Under the pieces are notes generated by a model. It was not told the DNA's origin. It was given only the letters and a program-made list of their open reading frames with translations, and ran no database searches. The translations under genes were made by a program, and so were the position numbers. A stretch of 58,947 nt of DNA, taken from the NCBI GenBank assembly GCA_027604505.1, contig JADIIX010000066.1, positions 62,001 through 120,947 on the forward strand, written 5' to 3'. The DNA is from Gonapodya sp. JEL0774 (lineage: Eukaryota). This document shows positions 12,543 through 24,880 of this stretch, piece by piece (the first letter of the stretch is position 1; each line of letters opens with the position of its first letter).

Positions 12543-12714
12543 CAGTCCCAAGAACGTGTTTGAAGTTGAAACATGATTTGTATTCTAAACCAGTTAGCAA
12601 ACGGCGACTTGGCCACAACATGTTTCAGTCCCAAGAACGTGTTTGAAGTTGAAACATGATTTGTATTCTAAACCAGTTTGCAAACGGCGACTTGGCCACA
12701 ACATGTTTCAGTCC
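12543..12714. repeat. 83-bp direct tandem duplication (two copies plus a stub)
   Basis: Copies begin at CAGTCCCAAGAACG (12543 and 12626), with a stub at 12709. One mismatch was seen (TTAGC/TTTGC). Confidence 0.95.
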
Positions 12715-12887
12715 AAAAGGGGGTTGTGGAGGCCCCAACATTATATTACGTACTTGGATATACTCTGCGGCATGTAGTATCCACCATGTGGCATTCTTCA
12801 CAAGCCGGAGAACATCACAACATTTAGCGTTTAAAACGCTGCCTTTTGTCCTGGTATCTCACCGTCTCGTTGAGGCATCCCGAGTTC

Positions 12888-15800
12888 ATGCGTCTCACCT
12901 TCACCGGGTCCCTCTGTGGCAGACCCCGGCCAGAGCCTTGGTGGACCCTCGTGCTCCTGCTCTGCCTCCACATTCTTGTGGGCACCACTCGCGCACTCTC
13001 CAGCGGACTCTACTCATCGAACCAATGCGAAGAACTCAACCGGTATCCACCTTTCGGCTCCTTGGGCACGAATTACAACCGCCCCACCGCACCGGGAACC
13101 TGCTGCGTCATGTACAGTTCCGGGAGCTTCACCTGCAACCGGTCGATCGAAGACATTGTGCCGTGCACAGGGTCGACGAATCCAGACTATTGGTACTGCA
13201 ATCTGCAGGGTGTTGATGTCACCAGATGCACGTATTGGCAACTCGAGGATCTGAGCCTCACAAACCATCCGGAATGCTATTACTTGTTCTCATGGGTATG
13301 CCCTTACATATTCACGTCCCTTGATGTTGATCCGCTTGTCGATCCCGTTGCAAATACGAACCTTTGGTGAGCTGTTCGTGATCGATATCTGATATCGTTC
13401 CGTCACGATCTCACCACACACCCTGGGAGCGCAGCGTGCTGTTTTACAAACCAGCGCGCACGTGAGTTTTTTTTTGAATCGACCCGTTTCATTCCCAAGA
13501 TAGACCTTGTCGATGGTTCAATCACCCCCCCCTGGTTTTAGAACCGTGCTGACCACGTCGACCACGACACTGAGCACCACGTCCTCGCAGACACGCACAA
13601 CGTCCACGACAAAAACAACTTCCACGACCAAGACAACTACTACGTCCTTGACAAGAACAAGTTCTACATCCTTGACAACACAGACGTGCGTGATTGCACG
13701 CATTCGGTTGCAGTTGGGAGGGGGGTGGGGGGGAGGCGCTGCGACCAACAACCAGTGATCTCCAAAACTGATCCGCCACCCCAGTGCAACCACAACCACG
13801 ACAACATCGACAAGCACCACCGATACGACCACCTCAGAAACTGAGACCCAAACTCCAACTACAAGCTCTGAAACCTTCACGTCAGCCACAGACGATCAGT
13901 CTTCCAGCACCACCACGGACGCGGGCACCACATTAGAACCGGAAACTACTACGAGCGTAGCAAGCGCATCAACTCCTGAACCGGAAACCACAAGCGTCTT
14001 GTCGGGATCGGAAACCACACGTGTCTCGACCTCGTCAACTCCAGAGCCTGAAACCACTGGAGTCTTGACAGCCACCCTGTCAGAGCCCGAAACTACAAGC
14101 ATCGCGACAGAACCAGAAACCACAAGCTTTGCTCCTTCGCTGACATCGGAAGCCGAAACCGCGAGCATTGCATCCTCTTCAACTGCGGAACCAGATACTA
14201 AACGCATCCTGACCTCGCCAACACCGGAAACAGTAACCATAACCGTCTTAACTATGACCTTGCCGGAATCTGAAACCCAAAGTATTGCTCCATCAATGAC
14301 TCTGGAACCAGATACCACACGCATCCCGACGTCACCAATTTCGGACGCGGAATCCACAAGCGTTGCTCCTTCACTGACCTCGGAACCCGATACCACCAGG
14401 ATGGGTTCCTCGCCAACTCCGGAACCCGAAACGACAAGCGTCTTGATTTCCACGGTGTTGGATACTGAAACAGCGAGTACTCTCGTTTCTCCACAGACTC
14501 ATGCTGTGACGGCCTCTACCATGTAATTTGACGTCCTAAAGACTACGACAACGGTCCGACATTTGGATTCTGCGCCGTTTTGCTTACAGTTCGAAAATCT
14601 TTGTTGGCTTCAATGCTCATACCTTAGAGAAACACACCGTCCCTCGAGCACGGTGGGCTCAGGTACCACGGTTCGAACACCTGCAACCTCGAAAACACCC
14701 ACCTCCACCAAAACAAGGACAAGTACACGGACACGCACCGCCACGACCACAAAGAGCCGGTCCACGACGTGAGTAAAACCGGAGGAGCGAGATGCCGGGA
14801 TTTGTGTAGGCCGTTTCTGAACAGCGGGGTTGGGCCTGATATGGTTTAGTTCGACCTAAAGAGACGGGTAGAGTGCAGTATGGGGAAGTTTCCGTGTGAA
14901 TTCTCAACAGAGCTTGGATTTCTTTCCATGTCTTCACAGGTCGGTTACCAGCAAGAAATCTACTACTGGAACGAGCACAAAGTCAACCACTAAAAGTGCG
15001 ACCAGAACTTCGACGAAGACCACGACGGGAACAACCACAAAGTCATTGACCAAAAGTAGTACGAATACAAGCACAAAATCTTCGACAAAGACCACGACTG
15101 GAACAACCACAAAGTCATTGACGAAGACCACGACTGGGACAACCACAAAGTCCCTGACGAAAACCAGCACCAAAAGCACCAGCACGAAATCTTTGACGAA
15201 AACAACAACCAAAAGCACCAGCTCGACAAAGTCCAAAACGAGAACCACCAGCACAAGGACCAGCTCAACAAAGTCCAAAACGAGAACCACCACCAAAAAG
15301 AACAGCTCTACAAAGTCCAAGACGAGAACCACAACCAGAAGAGCTCGGCCAACAACAACTCCGCTGGAAAAGAGAACGTGCGACACGATCCACGCGGCGT
15401 ATCTCGCCGGAAATGCGATAGCCTGTGCAGACTTCGACGATTGGAGCGCGTGGTAGGTCATTGACGTTGTTTTGGGCCTGTCACAAGGCCGTCACGGGAG
15501 TGTGCAGCATTCATCGGTCATCACTGGTCTATTTCTCCCCTTACTCCCGCTTTCGCGCAATAAATTCGAATCCTCCACATTCATTTTTTGTGTTCACAGG
15601 TCATGTGATACTTGTGAGTATTTTTCGAAGGGGGACCGGTTTTGACTTATAATCAGGTAAGTTGACCATGTGTGTTGTTTTGGGGTATTCTCCGTCAGGG
15701 TGGCCACAAGGTATTGGCCTCGATGATGGGGAGTGCTAACTTATTGTAGAGGTTCTGCGTCGTGTTTCGTCAGTCGTGGCCATGGATGTTGTCACTCACA
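12888..15800 (+). CDS. Secreted protein with a Cys-rich N-terminal domain, a long Ser/Thr mucin-like stalk and a short Cys/Trp C-terminal module; 3' end uncertain
   Basis: Signal-like WWTLVLLLCLHILVGTTRA; about 10 Cys in the next ~130 aa; Thr-rich exons with PEPETT repeats (13784-14522) and TTTGTTTKSLTK repeats (14940-15350); then LEKR-TCDTIHAAYLAGNAIACADFDDWSAW. Confidence 0.75.
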
Positions 15801-16500
15801 CCAATAGCAACCACATTCGTACCCGACACTATGCATTTTCCGACATCAATATGTCTACGAGATTAGGACTTCTTGTAACGTTTAAATACGTACTTGAGTT
15901 TTGACATGTTATGTTCATGTCTCTCTTCCCCGTTCTCTCGAACCGCCAGCCCGACTTCCAACTTCCACAGCCTGAGTCTTGGTACTTTGGTGTGGCTATT
16001 GCTAGCTTGGCGAACAGAGGACGTGGCGTCACAGTGCGGAGGTCGCTTGGCTGTTGTGTGGTTGGCTTTGGGTTATTTCCGTTCATGTCGGTACCAATGG
16101 CGGTGGGGGAAGGAGGGGGGGAGATGGGGGTGAGAAGTGTACCGAGCAGCGATGAGGGCACACACATGGATGTATATACATACATACAGTCGATGTACAT
16201 ACACGTGTCAATATCAATCCATCGCTCGCACGGTCTAAAGCTCTAGGGTCACACCCGCTCCTGCTCCCGCCCGCCGTGCTCCGCCCTCCACCCTCCACCA
16301 TCCCACCTCCACCCCCTCCTCCCCGTTCTCCACTCACTCACTGCGATCCCCCTGTGCAAACCCGCAACCCGCAACCAAGCAACCACGCAACCCATCACCG
16401 CCCTCTCCCGCGTTCGTGGATCATGATTCGTGCAGTCTATGGGAACCCTCCTCCCTGCTCTCCATTCTTGTTTCAGTCTTTTTGTACGCCACTCACGCGC

Positions 16501-18245
16501 TCACGCACTCCCACTGCCCGCCCCCACCCCCCCTGCGTCCGCCTTCTTAGGCACAACGTGGCCCTTGGAAACGAGGTAGTCGTAGATGAGCTGGATGAGG
16601 GGGGGGCAGTGCGGGGGAGGTGGTGTGTAGGGTCGTTGGGTTGACAAGAGTTAAATCGCGTTGTGCGGTGTGGTGTCCGATCAGATCGGATCAAATCAAA
16701 CCACGCCACGTAACACGTTTTGCATACTCGCGTCAAGCTCCCCATCCCATCCCATCCCGCCGTGCCGTGCGGTGTCACACCCCACCCCCCCAAAAACCCG
16801 CAAACTCACCCTCACCGCCCCTCCCACGTCCACCTCGTCGGTCCGGATGTATATCTCGGGAGATAGGGGCGGCTCGTAGGGGGCCGAGATGCCCGTGAAG
16901 TCTGGGAAGGGGGTATTTGGGAGGGTGCGGGTGGGGAGTGGGCAGTGGCAAAGTGGTGGGTATGGAGTGGGCCGAGTCATCAACATCTGGAGACCTGCGC
17001 ACCGGCACCGGCGTGAGTCGGGAGGACCACCACCTCCAACCTCCCCTCGCTCGTCATCCCCCATCACTCATCCCTTTTCTTCCCCCTAACCCCTAACCCT
17101 TCCCCCCACCCCCCCCTCGCAACTCCCGCCACCGGCCACCCCAAACCCCACTCAAAAAACCCACCCTTCACCTCCCCCGCTCTTGCCTTCTTGTACAGCC
17201 CCTTGGGGTCCCGCTGCTCGGCCACGGAGAGGGGAACGTCGAGGTGGACCTGCGCGGGGTGGTGGGGGGGTGGGTTTGGGAGGTGTGAGTGGTTGGCGGT
17301 TGGGTGGTGTGGAACATGTGGGATTCAAAGGATGGGGGAATGGCGTGCGCGTGCCGCGCATGTCCGCCTTGACCTTGACCCGCCCCCCCGTCGCCCTTTC
17401 GCTCGTGTGCCCCCCACTCTTGCCACCCCCCTTCCATGCCCATGCCCACCTCCACAAACCCCACGCCCCCCTCCTCGTGGGTCTTCCTGACCATGTCCCG
17501 GTCGGCCCGGTACGGGCTGATGAAGGAGGTGATTGGGACGACTGTGGCGAGGGAGAAGAGTTTGGCGACCTGGGGCGTGGCGGGTGGGGGGGAGGGGGAC
17601 GGGCGGGGGAGGGAATGAGCGGGATGCAAACGAGCACAGGGGAACACAGAGATGTGATGGATCGCGGGGGTAGGGAGAGTACAGGTGGGCCGCGAGGACG
17701 ACTACACGGTTGAAGCGAAAGCACCCCAGGCCATCCTGGCCTGCCCAACCCAAAGTCCCAACCCCAACTCCTCCCTTCCCCAACCCAAATCCCGGATCCC
17801 CTCCCACCCAAGAGCATCCCAGCCAACCCACCTCGCCAATCCTCCTAATATTCTCTGTCCTATCCTCCGGACTGAACCCCAAGTTCTTATTGAGACCGAA
17901 GCGTACGTTGTCGCCGTCGAGACGGTATGCGATGACGCCCTTGTGGAGGAGGTGGTGCTCGAGTGCGCTGGCGATGGTAGATTTGCCCGACGCGGAGAGG
18001 CCGGTGAGCCTGGGGTGGGGAGGGGTGGGAGGGAGGGAGTGGATTGTGCGGGTGATGGGGTGAGAGGGCCGGAAAGGAGGGGAAAACCGCCCGTTCAGGT
18101 TGATGCCGTCGCTGCCCCGCGTTCCCCCTCTTCCCCCTCCCGCAACCGACCATACTGTGACCCCCTTCTGCCCCGCCGCCTTCTCCCGTTCTTCCCTCGT
18201 CAGATTCCCCTCATGCCATGTGATGTTTGTCGCGGCGGAGGTCAT
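16501..18245 (-). CDS. MET14: Adenylyl-sulfate (APS) kinase, multi-exon
   Basis: [14 protein letters not shown]-loop [84 protein letters not shown]. The last exon ([10 protein letters not shown]...) is less certain. Confidence 0.95.
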
Positions 18246-19098
18246 ACGTGGGCGTGTAGGGTGGGTGTAGGGATGGGGTGTGGTGAGACTGGGGGTACCG
18301 AAGGTGAAGACCCGATGGTGCCATATGTGCTGTGGTTGCGAAGAACCTGTCGGAGAATTTCGGGGGACGGGGACCTGGAAGGCAGGAGGAAACACTCAAC
18401 AGGCAAGATAAAATTAAAAAAAAAAAAAGTACAAAAATTGACATATGGACACGCCACCTTTTGAGTGCGGAGGAAATCTCGTGGGGGAACATCTGCCGTG
18501 CGCGGGTCGTGACTTATGACTCACGCCCGAGTTCCGACAAACAGGCGCATCGCCCTTGGTCCGTATCGTCAATGAATATTTTACACAGTCCATGTGGCTC
18601 TGTGTGGTTTCGCTGTTGGTGGGGTCCAGGTTCTCGCACAGTGCAAGATGGTCGTCGGTCACAAAGTCACTAAAACCACGCACTTGCCGACTCGATTCCA
18701 CCATGGGGCCCCCGCCTTATGTGTCCGCCGAGTAACGTAGAATACGCTCACAGCATATGTTACAATTAATGAGATGCCATATACTGTGTAATACCGTCAC
18801 TCAAGAACGAATGCACATGCTGACGCCTGAGTCTCGAAAATTCCAAAGCAGCTGTTCAATTATGGAGACACCACCACATTTGATTGTGTAAATTAGGAAG
18901 TAAAGTAGTGCAATTACATATCTGTTTCCCTCTAGCAAGCAGCATTATCAATCATCCGCGAAATATATCCGACTTTTGAAAGACAGTTCCGTGCACCAGT
19001 GAGAGCAATAAAAGCTAAAGTGAAAGTACGTGTCCAGATCTGTGTCCTCGATGGTAGTCATGAACTTTGGTGGGCACCAAGAACATTGACCTTATCCT

Positions 19099-20213
19099 CT
19101 ACTCCTTGACGTCCACGTCGCTCGATCCGATGAGGTTCTTCCGGCAGTGGGGGCAGACCTTTGCGCCGATTTTGACGTCCTGTGACCACGGGAACGTAAT
19201 GTAAGAGGACAGAGTGATATCAGGATGAGCGTTCTTGTTGGACTGCCGGTAACACAAGAAGTAACCAGTTCCTCACCTCAAGACAGTCACTGCAAGGTGC
19301 TGTGGCAGCAGGCTTGGTGTAGAGGAGGCTCACCGCTTTGAAGAGGAAGAACATGATGGCGGATACGATCAGGAAGTAGACTGATTGTACACGGTCAAGG
19401 GCGTGGCACGAGTCAGGCAGTTATAACGAGATACACAAAAGCGAAAACGAGTGGTCGCGAGAAACGCACTGATGTTGTTGAGGAAGTTACCCCCTGTGTG
19501 AGATTTGAGGTGTACGTGGGTCAGATTAATAGAACGAGGACAAACCAATCTCACTAAATAATACGACTCACAATTCCAAGTTATCTATATGATTTGAAAA
19601 ATGACAAACAAAAAAAACCCCCGAAAGTGTGTCACTTGCGTGACATGACTCATCGCAACCGAACCTCGCCCTCCTCTCACCGCGCCGTCAGCTTTGGCTC
19701 TTGTCAAGCTTCCATAATTTCCACCATAGACAGTAGTAAAATTAGCACCGGTACGGAGCACGACGAAAGAATCCGGAAGGGAAGAACCGCCGGCAGCGAG
19801 AGCAATGAAGGGCGTGACGATGTCGGTGACGAACGAGGTCACGACCGCGCTGAAGGCGGCACCTGTGGATAAAGAGTAGGGAATTGTGCAAGTTGGTCGA
19901 GTTGTGCGGACGTGTGTGGGGGAAAAAAAACAAAAATTCTCGGAGCTTGCTCGCATGGGGTCACGGATCTCCGTCGAGCTCTGAGATCCCTTCACAACGC
20001 TGTTCTTCTCCCTTCCAGTTCAATCGAATCTCTCAACTCACCCATAATGACGGCTATGGCAAGATCGACGACATTTCCTCTCATTACAAACGCCTTGAAG
20101 TCGTTGACGAGGGACGACGCGCCAGCGAGCGCTTTCTTCCCCATGCCCTTTCCCTTTGCTCCGGGTTCTTCGAGTAGAATGGTGTGGTCACTGGCTCCAG
20201 CTTGGTTCGACAT
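19099..20213 (-). CDS. mscL: Large-conductance mechanosensitive channel MscL homologue, 6 exons, with a C-terminal CxxC-x9-CxxC
   Basis: [40 protein letters not shown]...AKADGA/ITWN/WGNFLNNI/IYFLIVSAIMFFLFKAVSLLYTKPAATAPCSDCLE/DVKIGAKVCPHCRKNL. The 3' junctions were checked and are in frame. Confidence 0.92.
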
Positions 20214-21755
20214 TTTGCTCTGGAAGTGAAGTTTTACTTTGTTGGAAGACGGATCGTGACCCCTTTTCACTTGGTGAGTGGGTAATCTCCAGCGGAGGCG
20301 TCTCTGTGCCACAATTGCGGAGAAACCTGTTGCAGGAAACTGCACATCATCATAATGCGCTTGCTCGGTACGCATGACTTGCGCCGATTTGAGCTCTATT
20401 CGCATTCTTCGGCATTTTTTATGTGCTTCCGGGCATCTCACTTTTCAAAACAGTTTCGTGTGACATGTGTACCAAAAGCAAAAACTGCAAACTCAAACAC
20501 GAATAGCGAGTGCAAAACTGACCCCATTTCGTATCAAAGCCAAATCTAAAATCGCTTCAGTGCAAAATTGAGAGTTCTCCTGACTGAGGCGCACCAGCCG
20601 TTGGCCAGGTGTGGCTAGGTGCCCCGTGCTATCAAAGTAGTTCGAAGGATGTGCCCGAGAAGAAAAACATCACATTGTTCCGACTTCACAGGCTCAGATG
20701 TCGACATGAGTTGTGGTGTGCTCACTGACCGAGGCATCCTTAGTGGTAATGTGGTGGTGCTATCGTTTTGAGGTTAGAGATCTGCAGGATCACAGTTGCG
20801 CGTCGCCGGTAAACTCGGGTGTTGATTCCATGGCGTGGCTGTGAGTGAATGTGGAATACCCGTCAGCTGTTGAGGTGCTACAAATAGTGCATTGTCGGTG
20901 TGTGAACTTCAGTAAGGCATCGGGAGGAAGAGGCCTATTATCGAGTCACCTTTGTGGAATCATTGACGTTGAAACTCACCAAGTGAGGGATTGGATGGTG
21001 TGAGTGCATAGTATAGTCAGGTGTTTCGATTGTATTCTCAGATGGATTATTGCAAGGAGACTGTACCGGGGGGCGGGATGTGTTGTACGTCTTCATCTAA
21101 GGACCAAATTTTACGGACCCAGAATGCTCGATAATGCTCAACTGCCCATACTACAATATATCTAAAGTGAGGTTTGAGACTCCTTCTCGCAAGTGAATTC
21201 ACGTCCTGGTCATGAAAATGGATCAACTCTCGGCAATGGGTGCGTGTCACTTAATGATGAGTGCTCAAACCGTCTCTCACTGTCAACACCCATTAAACAA
21301 GCTCTTCATCACCTTTGCTACTTCATGTGATCTATCCCCGTTGTTGCACCTCCTGCGTACCGCTCAATAGTGGTGAAACCCCCGCGTCACAGTGATCCCG
21401 CTGAACATTGTTGGTTCCGTTGCGCCACGAAAAAAAATTTTACAGTCTATACATGATGTCAGCGAATTTACGAAGCGAGCGGATGACAATTGCGATTGTG
21501 GTGCTAAGAATCGTGTGGGTTTCGGCCTTCCTTGAAGCAATAATACCAGATGCACAATAATTGTACACGAATTTACAGCTTTTCTCTTTTTTCGCCTTTG
21601 CCTTTGTTTGTTCCCTTTTTGCTTGGTCGTGGAAAATTGAAAACACCACGTCATCCTTCATGTCGTTTGCACCGCGTGTGCATAAATACAAGGACCATTC
21701 TTCCCCAGCTTCCATCGCAAAACCTCTTTCTCGTACCAAAAACCCAACCCTAAAA

Positions 21756-23948
21756 ATGGAAAAGATCAAGAACCTGTTCCACAAGAACGAAGAGAGGCAC
21801 GAAGAGACCACCGTGCCCGTCCGTACTGGTGCCGGCAGCGCGCCCGGGCTCGGAACCACCGCGTCCTCCACGACAAGCGGTCCCACGTCCACGTCCGCCA
21901 CCCAGCGCACCGGGCCCCTCGAGTCAAGCACCCACCCGACGACCACTCCAGGCGCTCCAAGAGGCACCTTGGATCCCGACGCAGCCGCGGCTCTCCACCC
22001 CGGCACAGGTACGGGTACGGGCACGGGCCCGGGTGTTCGTGAGGTGGAAGGTACACGTGTCACCACGGGGGAAGAGAGGCTCACCAGTGGTCAGGGAGCG
22101 CAAGACTTCACGACGCACAGGGGGGTCGGCGGTGGAGGAGTGCCGGTGTCAACGCACGAGGTCAGGGAGAGGGAGAGGGAGAGGGAGAGGGGTGCTACGA
22201 CCGCGAGAGCCGCGGAAACGTCCGAGGAGATTGAGGTGGGTTTTTGTGGACGGGGGGGTTGGCGGACGAGAAGGCCACGTCATCACTTCGCTGCTCCCCC
22301 ACACCACCACAACCTCCTTCCCCCCCACCCCCGCACTCCCCACTCCCCCTAGCGCCGTTACCGCCCCCCCGTCACCCACGAAACCATCAAACAAGTCGAA
22401 GTGGAAGACGTTCGGTGGGTTTGCATCGCATCGCGGGTCCCGTGCACGCTGCCCAACCACTGACGTCATCCCTCGTCACATCCCCACGCCCCACCCAACT
22501 CACCCTGTTCCCCCGCCCCACCCCTCCGTCAGCCCCGTCGTCAACCGCGAGATCTTTCAGCCCCAGATCCAGCAGACCATCCAACCCGTGACCGACCGGT
22601 ATGTTGTCCCGACCCCGCGACCCCACCGCGTGGAAGGGTTTCGGTTTCGGTTTCGGTTCGAGTCTGTCTGATCGGGCCGTTCCGTCTTTATTTTTTTTAC
22701 ACGCGTGCGATCTGGTTTGTCTGTGTGTTGTGTTTGTTCGGGCGTGTAAATTTTGTAGGCGGGTCGAAACTGAACGCGTCGAGAGGGTCGTGCAGCCTAC
22801 CGAAGTGAGGGAGATCAAAGGGTCCACGAGGTGTGTACAAATCTTGAAAATCACGTTCCACACCGCTCTCCCCTCTGCTCACACCCGGATCGTACGCTCT
22901 TTGCTCACTCTCACTCTCCCTTCTTCCCCATCCACCCCGCCTCCGCCGCCCGCCTACAGACCCGAAGACGAAGCTCGGTACCGCCGACAAGCCGACTCCA
23001 TCGCGGACTCGCGGAGGGAACTCGATGTGGAGAGGAGGACGGTGGTCAAGGAACCCATCGTCAGGGAAACCATCGTGCCCCAGGTCGTGGAGGAGGTGCA
23101 GCCCGTGATCGGTGAGTGGGGAGAGGGGTGGATGGAGACGGTGCGGGGGGAGGGTAAACTGTGGATGTGTGTGTATGCATTGGCTGATTGGCTTTTGTTT
23201 GGTTGTTGGTGTACTTTGCAATTGTGTAGAGAGAGAAGTGATCGTGCCGAGAAGAGTGGAGATCGAGCAGCCCGTCACCGAGAAGGTGTACGAAGCCCCA
23301 CGAGGTATGTACGCGATATGGATTCGATCGAGGGCAACACTCCCTCTCCACGCATTGAAACGCTCATCCACCGTTTCGATTCTCATCGTGTCAATTGATT
23401 CTTCGACCTGCCCTCTAGTCGCAGAAGCCCGCTACGCCGCGCCAGTCTCCATGAGCGACCTCGGCGCCGGTGGAGTGCACCGAGAAGGTCCCCTCGGCCG
23501 CGCCGGCGACGCCATCGCTCGGACCGAGGTGAAGCACGAAGTGCGTAAAGATGAGAGGGAGATGAGAAGGGAGACGGGGCAAGGGGTTGTGGGGAAGGCA
23601 CAAGGGGCGGTAGCGGAGGCGCAGATACGGCACGATGTGAGGAGGGAGGAGAGGGAGAGGGAAAAGGAGGGGCACACAGGGAAACCTGCAGGTACCGGTG
23701 TGGGATACACCTCGGGCATGGGCGGTGACGTGGCGCAGGAGCGAGACACATATGCCGGTGCCGGTGCTGGTGCAGGTGACGCGACCCGCCGGCAGGGGGC
23801 GGGCGCGTACCGTGGCGGTGATCAAAGGAGCGGTGCGTACCCTGGAGACACGATCACGGCGAGTCAGGAGGGGTTGGGACCGGCGCCCGGTGTTACGGCC
23901 AAGACTCGGGAGCAGGCGCAGAGGGAGAGGGTGGTGAGGGAGGAGTGA
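21756..23948 (+). CDS. Hydrophilic Glu/Arg/Val-rich protein resembling the fungal 'allergen-like' stress family, multi-exon
   Basis: MEKIKNLFHK start in an AAAATG context. Spliced repeats: PPVTHETIKQVEVEDV, VVNREIFQPQIQQTIQPV, EPIVRETIVPQVVEEVQPVIEREVIVP. Gly/Thr-rich termini. Confidence 0.7.
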
Positions 23949-24880
23949 GAAGAGGGAGGGGAGGGAAGAGGTCAAGGGGGAAAGGAAAATACGCTCAAGA
24001 TCGCAAAACAGTAGTTTGATAGTTTTCGTTGCTCAAAGAACAACTTTTTGGATGAATAAGATGATGTTACACTCTTTTACTTGCAAAATGGTAGAGGCGA
24101 CAATAGTATGTCGGAGAGGAAATCTGCGTTTCCAACAGGGAAGCTTCCGGTCAAAGTCATTTCAATCAAAATTTCATGTCCACAAAGCCTTGACAAACAA
24201 GGTTGTACCCCAGTTGAGTCATTTGACAGAGGGGACGGGGAAATCACAAACCTGGTCAATACTGAAGTTGAGTCAGTGTGAGGGGCAGTGTTTTCAAATG
24301 GTGCCGGATGGGAGACAGGAACCCGCGGTATCGGGGTTTCAATCTGAGCAAGGTCCACGATTCTCAACTGTAGAATTTGCAGACGATGCGATTGGAAGAG
24401 CAGCTGCCCGCTCATAAAGGTGACCGGGAGTGAGTGGAACTCCTGCCGTTCCCATCACAAGGCGGATACAGTCATTGCTTCTTGCTTTGTCGCTTCCTGA
24501 TTTAAATTCTCTAGCATTGTACGTAAAATTGGAAAGGCAGTCTTTTGTTTGTCTGTCCAGAGGTCCGGCATTAGCACATACACAGGTGCCTGTCTCCCGG
24601 GGGCCATGAAGCTCCTCGTTTCCGCACGATGCGATTCTAGCACACAATTAAGCTTTGTTAGCGGAACGACAGAATTGGTCATTTTTATCGGAGATGCTCA
24701 GCTTGATGGAATAACAGATCGATATCAGAAATAGAGCTTTGGGTTTGGTTCGAGGGGTTACTTTGTCATGTCAGGATACGCCAAGACCCGGAAGTATAAA
24801 ACCCGCCGCCAAACCCTTTGGCCGATTGCATCTGTGTGTTTCGTTTTTCACTCCACCTCACTTCAACCACGGTATTCGCA

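Noticed and set aside
17083..17100. Telomere-like CCCTAA repeats
   Set aside because: Only two imperfect units, within a G-rich MET14 intron.
24016..24734. Short ORFs between the stress-protein gene and JEN1
   Set aside because: No recognisable motif or coherent splice pattern.
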